Shown one piece after another: positions 46,839 through 57,378 of a stretch of 64,000 nucleotides of DNA. Positions within the stretch are counted from its first letter, which is position 1, and each line of letters starts with the position of its first letter. Below the pieces are notes generated by a model. That model did not search any database. It was not told the DNA's origin and saw only the letters and a program-made list of their open reading frames with translations. The stretch is taken from sequence record LR756504.1, one strand, 5' to 3'. The position numbers and the translations under genes are program-made.

Positions 46839-49144
46839 TGGCAGATAATCAAAATAAATTTGTATTTAATACTAAAACAATAGATGAGATAAAAAATAAA
46901 GCAGACTTAGGATTTAAAACACCCAGACATGAGAAATATTGGCTTAATAATTTACAGCTTGTAAAAAAAGAGAATATTATTTTTGAGCGTACTGATGTAG
47001 AAATTGAAGAGTACATGAAATGTATGATGGGTATTAATAATGTCGAGTATATTAATACCTATACAACTGATGGTATATTATTAGTACTTAGCGGAACATT
47101 ACATACTGATAGTAATAAAAATCCAGAAATGTCAGGGTTACTATACTTTTCGGAAAAATATTGTAAAATTAAAAGAGAAGATGGATCAATTGGTCAAATG
47201 AAATTAAGAGATTATCAGAAAGATATTTTAAATCTTTATGATAATAATAGATTCAGTATCCTTATGTCTTCTAGACAATCTGGAAAAACTGTTTCAGCAG
47301 CAATTACAATTCTTCATTATATTATTTTTAATAACGATAAGACAATTATGATTGTTGCTAATAAACTTGATACTGTTGTTGAAATTGTTGACAAAATTAA
47401 AGCTATTTATTATTTATTACCGTGGTTTATAAAACCAGGTGTATCAAATTGGACTCAATCACAAATAACTTTTGATACTGGTTGTAGAATTAGAACAGCA
47501 GCCGCTACAAAATCAGCAGCGATCGGTTTTAGTTGTGACCTAATATTTCTTGACGAGATGGCACATATACAAGCAAATATAATAGAGGATTATTACAGAT
47601 CTGTATTTCCAACTATTGCAGCAATTAAAAATTCAAAGATTATTATTACATCAACACCGAATGGTTATAATCTATTTTATAAAATTTTAACTTCTGCCGA
47701 AAAACCTGTGGGTGACAAAGAAAAAAATAATTATAATGCATTAAGAGTGTATTGGTGGCAAGTACCTGGTAGATATGTTACATATATTCGTTTAGATACA
47801 TTCTTGTGTGAAAAATTTAAAATTGATAATACTATATTCCATAAATGGATTTCTGATATGGGATTTAAAACGGAATTGATATATTCTAAACAAGATATGA
47901 AGTATGAAATACACATACAAAATAAAAAAGAATTCTTACCAGAATATATAAAAGAAGAAATGAAGGGTAAAGAAACTGACGATATTCTTTCTAATTATTT
48001 TAGAAGTTTAATTTATGAAGTTGATGATAATAAATATAGAATAAAAGATTTTGCCGATATTTCATCTTGGAAAGAAGATGCTATAAAAGATATTGGTGGT
48101 GAGGATAATTTTAATCAAGAATTTGATCTTCAATTTGCAAATGGTAATAAAGTACTTTTTGACTCTCAGACATTAGATAAATTAACAAATGATAAAGTTC
48201 CATTTGTTTATCAACAAATAGATAAAATAGACAGAAGAACTTTTTTAAAATATGAAGATTTGACATGGATAAAAGATATGCCAGATATTTTTGATTTGAG
48301 TCAAGTACGTAATTATCATATGGTATTGGCTGTTGATTTATCTGAAGGTTTAGGACAAGATTTTTCTGTAATTAATATTTTTAGAATAATGAATAAACCT
48401 ATGGATGAGTGGCCTAAAAGTGTTGAATGTTTATATGACATGTTTAAATTAGAGCAAGTTGGAATATTCAAAAGTAATATAATGAGTGTGAGTGAAATTG
48501 CTGAAATTCTTTATTTACTCTCTTTTGAAGTTTTTAATTCCAATAATATTGGAGTTGTATTAGAAGTTAATGCATTTGGTGGTGAATTAATTTCAAATAT
48601 GAGAGAATTATGGAATGGTAGAAATGAATTTAGCAATCATATATTTTTTAGATATAAACATAGAGAAGATGCAATTAAGAAAGATATTGGATTGAAAATT
48701 AGAACAAATAAAAATATTTTTGTTAGAAATTATCAAAAGAGAATTAAAACTGGTGATATTATAATACATGAGGAAGGTACTTTAAAAGAAATGACCACTT
48801 TCGTTAAGAAAGAAACTAGATCTGGTAATATAGTGTTTGAGGCTGATGCAGGTGGACACGATGATTCTGTAATGACTATTGTCGCAACAGCAACAACATT
48901 TGACAATACTTTATTACATGAATTAATGTCAAACTATATGAATGGTTTAAGCGAAAGTATTAAAAATGCTATGGAAAAGAAAATAGGAGAAAATCCTAAT
49001 ATAAATGGTGCTGATTATTCAGTATTATTTAAAGCGCAACAACGCTCTAATAATATAGGAACATCAAATAATCCATGGAAGACGAATTGGAATAATGACG
49101 ATTTTAATTTAGGAACAGGCTCTAATCCATGGAGTAACAAATAA
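46838..49144 (+). CDS. gp17: Terminase large subunit (T4 gp17-like)
   Basis: SRQSGKT Walker A, IFLDEMA Walker B, ITSTPNG, AVDLSEG and GHDDSVM nuclease motifs. Confidence 0.95.
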   Translation: MADNQNKFVFNTKTIDEIKNKADLGFKTPRHEKYWLNNLQLVKKENIIFERTDVEIEEYMKCMMGINNVEYINTYTTDGILLVLSGTLHTDSNKNPEMSGLLYFSEKYCKIKREDGSIGQMKLRDYQKDILNLYDNNRFSILMSSRQSGKTVSAAITILHYIIFNNDKTIMIVANKLDTVVEIVDKIKAIYYLLPWFIKPGVSNWTQSQITFDTGCRIRTAAATKSAAIGFSCDLIFLDEMAHIQANIIEDYYRSVFPTIAAIKNSKIIITSTPNGYNLFYKILTSAEKPVGDKEKNNYNALRVYWWQVPGRYVTYIRLDTFLCEKFKIDNTIFHKWISDMGFKTELIYSKQDMKYEIHIQNKKEFLPEYIKEEMKGKETDDILSNYFRSLIYEVDDNKYRIKDFADISSWKEDAIKDIGGEDNFNQEFDLQFANGNKVLFDSQTLDKLTNDKVPFVYQQIDKIDRRTFLKYEDLTWIKDMPDIFDLSQVRNYHMVLAVDLSEGLGQDFSVINIFRIMNKPMDEWPKSVECLYDMFKLEQVGIFKSNIMSVSEIAEILYLLSFEVFNSNNIGVVLEVNAFGGELISNMRELWNGRNEFSNHIFFRYKHREDAIKKDIGLKIRTNKNIFVRNYQKRIKTGDIIIHEEGTLKEMTTFVKKETRSGNIVFEADAGGHDDSVMTIVATATTFDNTLLHELMSNYMNGLSESIKNAMEKKIGENPNINGADYSVLFKAQQRSNNIGTSNNPWKTNWNNDDFNLGTGSNPWSNK

Positions 49145-49159
49145 CAAATATATACTTTT

Positions 49160-49792
49160 ATGAGTAATCAAGATAGAAAAAATAAGATTAGCGAATTAGA
49201 AAGTCTTTATCAAGAAGCTTTGAATAGTAGTGTACCTGAAGCTCAGGTTGTAAATGAGTTATCTAATTTAGCACAGAAATTACCTGAAATAGAATTATAT
49301 GATTACGATAAGGATATAAAGGAGTCTAAACAAGAAGGAAACCAAGTTATAGAAAACATGGCGAATCTTTATTTAGGAACTACACCAGATGTATTAAACC
49401 ATCCTTATATTAAGAAGAAGAAAGAACACGATGCAATCAACCAAGCAGACATGTTATTTTTAAAGAAAATGGCTATGAGAGCTTTGATAATTCAATTAAA
49501 ACAGATGGATATGGGTGATACTTCACATAGAAACTTTGAGACGTTCTATACAGGTTTAAAAGAGATTAGAGACATAGTTAAACAATCTACATCAACACAA
49601 AATTTACAAGAAACTTTTTATAAACAATTAAAAGAAGATTTGGGTATTACTACTCAACCTACTGTTTCAACAGACGGTAGTAATGGTACAGGAAATAACG
49701 GTAATATAACGGATGCTAAAAGCTTGAATGAAACTATAAGAAGAATGATGGAGAAAAAGAAATTAGACGCTGAGGATGATGAAAATAAATAA
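49160..49792 (+). CDS. Hypothetical helical protein next to terL
   Basis: 210-aa ORF; small-terminase role possible from position only. Confidence 0.6.
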   Translation: MSNQDRKNKISELESLYQEALNSSVPEAQVVNELSNLAQKLPEIELYDYDKDIKESKQEGNQVIENMANLYLGTTPDVLNHPYIKKKKEHDAINQADMLFLKKMAMRALIIQLKQMDMGDTSHRNFETFYTGLKEIRDIVKQSTSTQNLQETFYKQLKEDLGITTQPTVSTDGSNGTGNNGNITDAKSLNETIRRMMEKKKLDAEDDENK

Positions 49793-49795
49793 TCC

Positions 49796-50077
49796 TTATC
49801 TTTTTTTAATCCACTCTACAAAGTTATTTATTAGTTCATTTGATAAAAGAAGTTCTTTAGTATTATAATATTTTCCTAATTCTTTTTCGTCTATAAAACG
49901 ATGTATATTAGAATGACAATCTTTACAAAGCATCAAACCATTTGTTCTCATATCACACTTTTTGAAATTTTTTAAGAACCATTTATTATTATGTAAAGTT
50001 TTAGGTATTAGATGATGGAATGATAAATTTCTCTCTCTTTCACACAATTCACATACGTTAATATTTTTATTCACCAT
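49796..50077 (-). CDS. Small HNH-like protein
   Basis: CELCER...FHHLIP...LCKDCHSNIH. Confidence 0.75.
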   Translation of the reverse strand: MVNKNINVCELCERERNLSFHHLIPKTLHNNKWFLKNFKKCDMRTNGLMLCKDCHSNIHRFIDEKELGKYYNTKELLLSNELINNFVEWIKKR

Positions 50078-50330
50078 TCAATTCTTCTATTTTCATTTGT
50101 CTGAAAATTCCATTTAATCCTGTAAATTTATTATTTATGAATATTTTTTCATCTGTAATAGTACAAACCAAATGTTGGGATGCTCTGTAATCATTACAAT
50201 ATATTTTAATCATATTTGGTTCAATAATAGTTCTTACATTATAATATTTTATACTAGTGATATAAGAACGTATTATTTCATCATATTGATTATTTTTGTC
50301 ATGTAAAAATATAGTAAATAATCCTTTCAT
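50067..50330 (-). CDS. Hypothetical protein
   Basis: 87-aa ORF ending RQMKIEEL. Confidence 0.55.
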   Translation of the reverse strand: MKGLFTIFLHDKNNQYDEIIRSYITSIKYYNVRTIIEPNMIKIYCNDYRASQHLVCTITDEKIFINNKFTGLNGIFRQMKIEELNGE

Positions 50331-50761
50331 TCAGTTTCCTTTACGATGAAATTTAATATTTCTTTTTGTCTCCAAAAAATTTTATCTTCCGCTTCGTTTA
50401 CTGTGAAAAATCTTGCTTTAGAGATTTCTCTTGGTTGCAATTGTTCTTTTGGTATTTTTTCACTTTCTAATCCCAATTCAGATAAATTTGCAACTTCACA
50501 AACATAATAAATTACCTTTTTGTAATTCTTATTAGTTTTTTTATTTCTATAAATTATAGTATAAGCATCTTTGATTATTTTATCTATTGGGACATCAATA
50601 CCAATTTCTTCTTTAGTTTCTCTAATAGCTGCATCAATTAATAATTCACCCTCTTCCACTTTACCTTTTGGAATTCCCCACATAGCTTTAGTGCCTTTAG
50701 TTGGTTTTGCCAATAAAACCTTATTACCAAATATTATAAGTAGTCCTGCTGATATTTCCAT
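50327..50761 (-). CDS. NUDIX hydrolase
   Basis: PKGKVEEGE...AAIRETKEEIGI Nudix box. Confidence 0.9.
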   Translation of the reverse strand: MEISAGLLIIFGNKVLLAKPTKGTKAMWGIPKGKVEEGELLIDAAIRETKEEIGIDVPIDKIIKDAYTIIYRNKKTNKNYKKVIYYVCEVANLSELGLESEKIPKEQLQPREISKARFFTVNEAEDKIFWRQKEILNFIVKETE

Positions 50762-50851
50762 TTTAATGTTTTAAATTATTTATTATTATGTATTAAAATA
50801 GAAAAGTTTGGTTTCTACAAAAAATAATTATTTTTAATCATATTTCTAAAA

Positions 50852-52480
50852 TTATTTGTAGGCTATTAAACCATCACCAATATCAAGTTTTTCACCCATT
50901 TTTTTATTGTTGATTTTGGGTATTTTATCTTGATTTTCTTCTATGTATTTAGCTTTCTTCTTATCAACAATATTATCAGAAAGCTTGGTTTTCCAAAAAT
51001 CTTCTGTTAAATAAGGTTTAAATACTCTATAAATGTTGTGCTTAGATATTTTATTTTCTTCTGCCCATTTAGATATACTACCAAAAATCATATCACCATT
51101 ATAATCCTTTAAGAATTTATCTTTTTCCTTAGTTCCGAATTCATTCATATCAATATGATTCTTATAAATATCTTGTTTATAAACCATATCTTTTATATTT
51201 TTAATTGTATCGTCGTTTACTTGTTTATTAAATTTATTCACTCTTTCATTATATTCTTTTTCATCTTTAGCTAATCTATTAGCATCTTCCTCTTCTGTAA
51301 AAATTGTATATACTGAATTTTGAGTTTGATACACATTTTTTTGATGATTTTCGATATCAGTGGGTTCTATTTTTAGATATTCTGATAAAGTTTTTAATTT
51401 AGTATCTTTAATGAGTTCTGATGATAGAACTTCTTTTTTCCAAGAAGGAGCTAAAATGTCCATATATGAATGTTGAGCATATGCATCAGATGTAGTATAA
51501 TTATAAGTTTCTCTATGAACAGTAGGCTCATTTTTCATTGTTGTATATTTTTCAGCCATTTTATGCAGAAAATTTTTCAAATTATTTGGATACACACAAT
51601 CAAAAAAAATCTTTCCTTTATGTAATCTTATAAACATTCTTGAAAATGCTGTAAATGGATACATCTTACCGTGATGATCCGTCCAAGGTGTGTCAAATAT
51701 TAAATAGCAAATTTTAGTATTCTTATCGAATAAATTTGCCATTAATGGTTTTATATCACTAAATCCTTTTTCTTCTCTATAAAGAGTTTGACATGATTGA
51801 TAAAATTTAGACATCGATTGATTTAACATGTCTTCTGGTTTACATGTAATGTATAGATGCAAATCAAAATTATTAAATAAATTAATATCAAAATGTTCTT
51901 TTGTTAATCTTGATGGAAGACTTGGTATAATACCATTTCCTGCATATGGATTATAAAAGTTTTTGTTAAACGCACTTTTATATGCCGTAATGAAATCATT
52001 TATGTTTCCCTTATTAGAACTCCACACTATTTTACCTGATTCTTTATGTTCAGTTTTCATAGTAGCATCACCATTTCTTAATGGTATTCCTGCTTCATTT
52101 TTTAGAATTATTTTATTATCTTTTGTCTCACCAACACTAATTATTCTAAATGTATCTTTTTCATAGAAATATTTTATATCTAATAATGATGGTTTCTTAA
52201 CATTAATCAATTTGTGTTCATTACTTTTTAAATAAGCTTCATTTATTATGTTAATAAAATGTTCATCCACATCAAATTTAGACATTTCAATAGCAGCATT
52301 TTCATATGCGAAACCAAAGAAAACTTTCAATGCCTCATCTTTATCTTCGGGTGTTAATGTCCATTTACCTTCCGTGATTAATTCTGTCTTTTTAGGTACA
52401 TTAAAATCTAAAAGGTGTTCTGCTTTATAGTGCTTGATTCTATCAATTTGATGTTGTGATACTTCGTCTCTTAGTGCCAT
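50852..52480 (-). CDS. SC..R..DxxY family paralog
   Basis: MALRDE, EGKW, LYITCKP, QSCQ, FSRMFIR, IFFDCVYP, SYMDIL. Confidence 0.75.
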   Translation of the reverse strand: MALRDEVSQHQIDRIKHYKAEHLLDFNVPKKTELITEGKWTLTPEDKDEALKVFFGFAYENAAIEMSKFDVDEHFINIINEAYLKSNEHKLINVKKPSLLDIKYFYEKDTFRIISVGETKDNKIILKNEAGIPLRNGDATMKTEHKESGKIVWSSNKGNINDFITAYKSAFNKNFYNPYAGNGIIPSLPSRLTKEHFDINLFNNFDLHLYITCKPEDMLNQSMSKFYQSCQTLYREEKGFSDIKPLMANLFDKNTKICYLIFDTPWTDHHGKMYPFTAFSRMFIRLHKGKIFFDCVYPNNLKNFLHKMAEKYTTMKNEPTVHRETYNYTTSDAYAQHSYMDILAPSWKKEVLSSELIKDTKLKTLSEYLKIEPTDIENHQKNVYQTQNSVYTIFTEEEDANRLAKDEKEYNERVNKFNKQVNDDTIKNIKDMVYKQDIYKNHIDMNEFGTKEKDKFLKDYNGDMIFGSISKWAEENKISKHNIYRVFKPYLTEDFWKTKLSDNIVDKKKAKYIEENQDKIPKINNKKMGEKLDIGDGLIAYK

Positions 52481-52524
52481 TATTCTTTGATTTTTGATTT
52501 TTTAAATGTTTTTACTAAATAAAT

Positions 52525-54189
52525 TCACTTCTTTTTCAAAGCTGCTATAACAACACCTTTATCATTTAGAATTTGAATTCTAAATACTTTTGCATCAATT
52601 AGTAATGGTTTTATTTTCTTCTTAACTTCTTTAACAGGTTCAACATAAGCTTGTTTATATTGTGGTTGTGCTGTTTTCTTTTCTTCAATAGCGGGTTTAT
52701 ATGCTTTGAAATTATCACCTATTTCTAAAGGTTCTTCTGTAGAAAGAGCTTTTATTTTTAATTTAACTTTATCTTCATTTAATCGCTCATTCCAAAATTC
52801 AGGAACTAAATATGCTTTTAATTGTCTATATAAATCATGTTTTTTAATTTTATTTTTTTCTGACCATAATACCAAAGATTCGAAATTTTTATCACTCTCA
52901 TATCCTTTTAGAAAGGTAACAGCATCTTTATCCTTACTTGCAAAAAAATCATCAATTTTCAAATATTTAGAATAGACATCTTGTTTATACACCATAGTTT
53001 TGATAGATTCTACAGTATCATTATAAACTTCTTCATCGGTATAAATAATATATTTACCTTTTTCAGTTTCATAAACTTTATCCTCTATCTTATCAATAGA
53101 CATAGGATCAATTTTGAAATGTTCTGCGAGATTTTTTAATCGTAAATCTTTAAGTAATTCTTCGAGTGAAACTTCCCTTTTCCATTGAGGTTTAAGAATA
53201 TCCATATATGAGTGGATTGCATATCCATCGGGTGTAGTATAATGATAAGTATTTCCTTTATATTCATTTTTCATACCCGTTCTATTCTCTATTATTTTAT
53301 GTAAGAACGTTCGTACTCTATCAGGATAAACATTATCAAAGAATATTTGACCACCAGCAACTCTAACAAACATTCTTGAAAATGCTGTAAATGGGTATTC
53401 CTTTTTCTTAACATCAACCCAAGGCACATCAAACATTAAATATGCAATTTTTGTATTTTTATCCATAGCATTAGCTAGTATTGGACGAAAATCTTCACGA
53501 TAAATTGTTTGACATGAATTGAAAAATCCTGTCATAGATTGATTCATAATATCCATGGGTCTACCAGATATGTAGAGATACATATGATTTTTAGCAAACA
53601 AATCAATATTAAAAGTTCCTGTCATTGAAGGAATTGAAGAAAATGGTGCATGTGCAAATGGATTATATATGTTTTCTTCTGGATATGCAATATTATATGT
53701 GTTGATGAAGTCGTTTATATTTCCTTTATTATTAGTCCATACTAATTCACCAATTGGTTTTTCAACACGAGTAATTTTACCATCTTCACCTAAAACAGGT
53801 TTTCCTTCCTCGTCTTTTAAAACTTTAGTAGCTTCTTTTGTTTCACCACCAATAGTTTTAAAATTATTTTTACCATAAAGATATGTTAAATCCAATAAAC
53901 TAGGATTTTGTATATTCAATTGATATTCTTCTGCATTGATGAATGCTAATCTAAGTGTATTTAAAAATTGTTCAGATGGTTTGAATTTTGCCATTAAAGC
54001 TTTTGATTCATTAAATTTTAAGCCATAATAATTATTTATAGCTTGCATTTTTTCTTCTTCCGTGAGTTGCCACTTACCCTCTACAATCTTATCATTTTTT
54101 GGTGGAACTTCCATATCAAGAAAACGTGAAACCTTAAAATGTTTTATTCTTTCTTCATGTACAGGTGAAATTTCGTCTCTTAAAGGCAT
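52525..54189 (-). CDS. SC..R..DxxY family paralog (tandem copy)
   Basis: MPLRDE, EGKW, LYISGRP, NSCQ, FSRMFVR, IFFDNVYP, SYMDIL. Confidence 0.75.
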   Translation of the reverse strand: MPLRDEISPVHEERIKHFKVSRFLDMEVPPKNDKIVEGKWQLTEEEKMQAINNYYGLKFNESKALMAKFKPSEQFLNTLRLAFINAEEYQLNIQNPSLLDLTYLYGKNNFKTIGGETKEATKVLKDEEGKPVLGEDGKITRVEKPIGELVWTNNKGNINDFINTYNIAYPEENIYNPFAHAPFSSIPSMTGTFNIDLFAKNHMYLYISGRPMDIMNQSMTGFFNSCQTIYREDFRPILANAMDKNTKIAYLMFDVPWVDVKKKEYPFTAFSRMFVRVAGGQIFFDNVYPDRVRTFLHKIIENRTGMKNEYKGNTYHYTTPDGYAIHSYMDILKPQWKREVSLEELLKDLRLKNLAEHFKIDPMSIDKIEDKVYETEKGKYIIYTDEEVYNDTVESIKTMVYKQDVYSKYLKIDDFFASKDKDAVTFLKGYESDKNFESLVLWSEKNKIKKHDLYRQLKAYLVPEFWNERLNEDKVKLKIKALSTEEPLEIGDNFKAYKPAIEEKKTAQPQYKQAYVEPVKEVKKKIKPLLIDAKVFRIQILNDKGVVIAALKKK

Positions 54190-54290
54190 GTCTATATTAA
54201 GTTATATCTTCAATTTCATCAAATATAATTAAAATGTTACAGAATTCCAATAAAAATTAAAAAAATATTTTATATAACAATATATAGGGT

Positions 54291-54845
54291 ATGTTAAGAA
54301 GAGATGAACTAATAAATAAGCTTGCTGGATTAAATAGTGGTAGTTATTTAAATACTAAAATGGACGAATTAGAAGCCTTTATAGATATACAGCTATCTAA
54401 GGATGAAAATATTATAAAAATGGTTAGTCTCAATACTCAGGGTATTTTAACATCTGGTATAGAAGCGACAACATCGTTTGAACCTACTTATGCAGTACAC
54501 AATGATATTAATGTTAAGATTGGTGTTGATGGAACTGCTGGCTCAGGTAAAAAAATATGGAATGAAACTCTTCAATATCAATCAGGTGCATTCGCAACTC
54601 AAAGTCCATGGATAGATTTAGTTATTGATCAAGCCCCATTTATAAGCGGTGATTTTAATGGCTATATTAAAATAGAATTACCAGAAAATACAAATAAGAA
54701 CGTTGCATATTTATTGGCTGTAAAATATGAAAGTACTGATATGAATGGTATATTACCAAAAGGTGGCTTTTGGGGAAATAATAATGTATCGGTATCATAT
54801 GATACCACAATTAATAAAATGTACATGACATTCAAATTATTTTAA
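54291..54845 (+). CDS. Hypothetical protein
   Basis: 184-aa ORF preceded by an AATATATA motif. Confidence 0.65.
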   Translation: MLRRDELINKLAGLNSGSYLNTKMDELEAFIDIQLSKDENIIKMVSLNTQGILTSGIEATTSFEPTYAVHNDINVKIGVDGTAGSGKKIWNETLQYQSGAFATQSPWIDLVIDQAPFISGDFNGYIKIELPENTNKNVAYLLAVKYESTDMNGILPKGGFWGNNNVSVSYDTTINKMYMTFKLF

Positions 54846-54900
54846 TTTATTTTCAAAACAATAGTTTATATTTTTACTATAATTCGAAACGTATAAAACA

Positions 54901-55248
54901 ATGTTTCTTAAATACTATCAAATAATCATCAACTTATTTAAAAGTTTATCAATACCAATCTATAGAATCAAAATAGAGCATTCTAAATTGGATAGTAAAT
55001 ATTTTCCACAATATAAAAAATATGGTATATGGATATTTTTTTACGAAACAAAAACAGTTGGATATTCTTCAACAACTAAATATACAGAAATAGTATCATT
55101 TTCAACCGAAAATAAAGCAAATATTTTTATTTTAAATTCAGAAAAAAATAGAGTTGATGTAATACAGAAAAAAATTGATTCTAAGAAAACTGTTGAATAT
55201 AAAAGAATCTATTTAAATAGACAAGAAAAAATAAAAAATCTTATATAA
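54901..55248 (+). CDS. Hypothetical protein
   Basis: 115-aa ORF ending RQEKIKNLI. Confidence 0.6.
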   Translation: MFLKYYQIIINLFKSLSIPIYRIKIEHSKLDSKYFPQYKKYGIWIFFYETKTVGYSSTTKYTEIVSFSTENKANIFILNSEKNRVDVIQKKIDSKKTVEYKRIYLNRQEKIKNLI

Positions 55249-55820
55249 TGCTCAGAGAAATGGAAGGAATAGATTTTTTATGTGGAACAGATGAGTCTGG
55301 CGTTGGTTGCTTGGCTGGTCCCGTCATTGCATCTGCTGTAATATTACCAAAAGATTACTATAATAAAGATTTAAATGATAGTAAAAAAATGACAACTAAA
55401 AAACGTGATATTGTTTATAACGATATTATAAAAAATGCAATAGAATATTCAATAACAGAGGTTGATATTCATACAATTGATAAAATTAATATTTTATGGG
55501 CTAGAATAATGGCTATGGATTTAAGTGTTAAAAAACTTATTAATCCACAATATTTATTAATAGACGGTAATAAATTTTATAAAGAATATCACATACCATT
55601 TGATACTATAGTAAAGGGTGATGGAAAATGGGCTTGTATAGCAGCAGCTTCTGTATTAGCTAAAGTGTACAGAGATGAATTAATGTTAAATTTACATATT
55701 AAGTTTCCGCAATATAATTGGAGTTCTAACAAAGGATATGGTACTAAAGAACATTATAAGGCTATTGAATCTAATGGAATAACTGAGTTTCATAGATTAT
55801 CTTTTCTTAAAAATTTGTAA
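55248..55820 (+). CDS. rnhB: Ribonuclease HII
   Basis: GTDESGVG...AGPV, DSKK, LIDGN, KGDGK...IAAASVLAK, NKGYGT. Confidence 0.93.
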   Translation: MLREMEGIDFLCGTDESGVGCLAGPVIASAVILPKDYYNKDLNDSKKMTTKKRDIVYNDIIKNAIEYSITEVDIHTIDKINILWARIMAMDLSVKKLINPQYLLIDGNKFYKEYHIPFDTIVKGDGKWACIAAASVLAKVYRDELMLNLHIKFPQYNWSSNKGYGTKEHYKAIESNGITEFHRLSFLKNL

Positions 55821-55829
55821 TAATTTGTA

Positions 55830-56636
55830 TTAATAATTAATAACTAAAATTTCTTGGGTAATTCCAATTTGCTTTTTAGATACTTTATCATAATCATGTT
55901 CTATATTTATAATTTTATAATCCGTCAATCTATCAAAAAATGGATTTTTTTTATCTTTATGTATAGAAACACCGCTTAATGCAAACTTTATATTATTTTT
56001 ATTTAGTATATCTAAAAAATAATATATTTTTTCTTCTAATTCTTTACTCCAGTATGTATTATATCCAGAAAGAGTACCAAAATAAGGAGGATCTAGATAC
56101 ACAAAGCTTTTTCTTTTATCTTCTAATATTATAGGCAGTAAATCTATATAATTAATGTTATAAAACTCTACATTTTTATCTTTAAGCTTTTCCCAGTAAG
56201 CAAAAAGTTTCTCTTCTGTTTTCTTACCGAAGCCTCTATTACCCCATGTTTGATTAAATTCAAATTTTTTATTAAATCGCATCATATTATTTGTGCAGGA
56301 TTGAATAAGTGAAAAAAAGTGATATGGTGTTTGATTAGCATTAAATAAACTCCTACTTTTAGAATACGCCTCTTTATCAGATTTATCTAATATAAAAGGC
56401 TTTAGATTAGTTAAAATAGTTTCCCAATCATTTACCTTCAACTCTTTATAAAAATCAATTAGAGGCTTTATAACATCATTTGCTACTATATTTTGATAGT
56501 TAGAGTTAATAAATACTGATCCACCACCACAAAAAACATCATAGAAAATTTCAACATCATTAGGAAAATGTGTAAATATTTGTTCTAAAATAGGATATTT
56601 AGCTCCTGTATAATTAAAAGCACTTTTAAGATACAT
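55830..56636 (-). CDS. dam: Dam-family (D12 class) adenine methyltransferase
   Basis: YTGAKY, DVFCGGGSV, YLDPPY. Confidence 0.85.
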   Translation of the reverse strand: MYLKSAFNYTGAKYPILEQIFTHFPNDVEIFYDVFCGGGSVFINSNYQNIVANDVIKPLIDFYKELKVNDWETILTNLKPFILDKSDKEAYSKSRSLFNANQTPYHFFSLIQSCTNNMMRFNKKFEFNQTWGNRGFGKKTEEKLFAYWEKLKDKNVEFYNINYIDLLPIILEDKRKSFVYLDPPYFGTLSGYNTYWSKELEEKIYYFLDILNKNNIKFALSGVSIHKDKKNPFFDRLTDYKIINIEHDYDKVSKKQIGITQEILVINY

Positions 56637-56684
56637 GTTCTATTTATAAGGAAAAATAGTTTCCCTATAAATACATTCTTATTG

Positions 56685-57059
56685 CTAATCTAATAATATT
56701 TTTATTTTTTCATCCCTAATTTTAGACTTTGGAAGTTTAAAAACAATATTTGTCGGAATATTAATAGACTGTTTTCCAAATTCAGGTATAATAATTTCTA
56801 CTTTTTTCCATAAAAAATTAATATCTATCATTTTTATTGCATATACTCTACTTAAAGTTCTTATAGGATTATTTAATCTTTGTAAATTACAAGCAGAGAA
56901 ACAATTATCTTTGTATTCACAAGTTATTTTTAAATTATAATCTTTTTTTATTGTTAATGTACCATCATTGGATGTTATATTAACATGATATTTCAACACA
57001 ATCTTCTTGTAAGATATTTTTCTGACTACTATTTCCATATAACTATTATATAATTTCAA
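56685..57059 (-). CDS. Hypothetical protein
   Basis: 124-aa ORF ending IRDEKIKILLD. Confidence 0.6.
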   Translation of the reverse strand: MKLYNSYMEIVVRKISYKKIVLKYHVNITSNDGTLTIKKDYNLKITCEYKDNCFSACNLQRLNNPIRTLSRVYAIKMIDINFLWKKVEIIIPEFGKQSINIPTNIVFKLPKSKIRDEKIKILLD

Positions 57060-57090
57060 AACTAAAATGTTTTATTCCATATAATAATTT

Positions 57091-57378
57091 ATGGGAGAGA
57101 TAACTATAAAAACTTCATTAATTGATTATATCGGAGAATTAAATGGTGGTGTATCTATAGCTATAAGTCTAACTGTTGAAGATGATTTTAGTTTTGAATC
57201 TATTTATTGGATACACCCTGATGGTAAATATTTATTAGAAACAGATGACAATTTTTTAAAATTGTTTGGAATAAGCGATTCGAACGATTTACCATTTATA
57301 AATGAATTAATTGTTGATATAGATTCTATATTAGCTAGTAAAGAAGAAATATTTGAAACTTTTTTAAATGGAAACTAA
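57091..57378 (+). CDS. Hypothetical acidic protein
   Basis: 95-aa ORF. Confidence 0.65.
   Translation: MGEITIKTSLIDYIGELNGGVSIAISLTVEDDFSFESIYWIHPDGKYLLETDDNFLKLFGISDSNDLPFINELIVDIDSILASKEEIFETFLNGN

Noticed and set aside
47760-48080. Intein in the large terminase
   Set aside because: The insert lacks an N-terminal Cys/Ser/Thr block and a C-terminal His-Asn.
49160-49792. Small terminase subunit call
   Set aside because: Only position and helical character support it; no recognisable motif.
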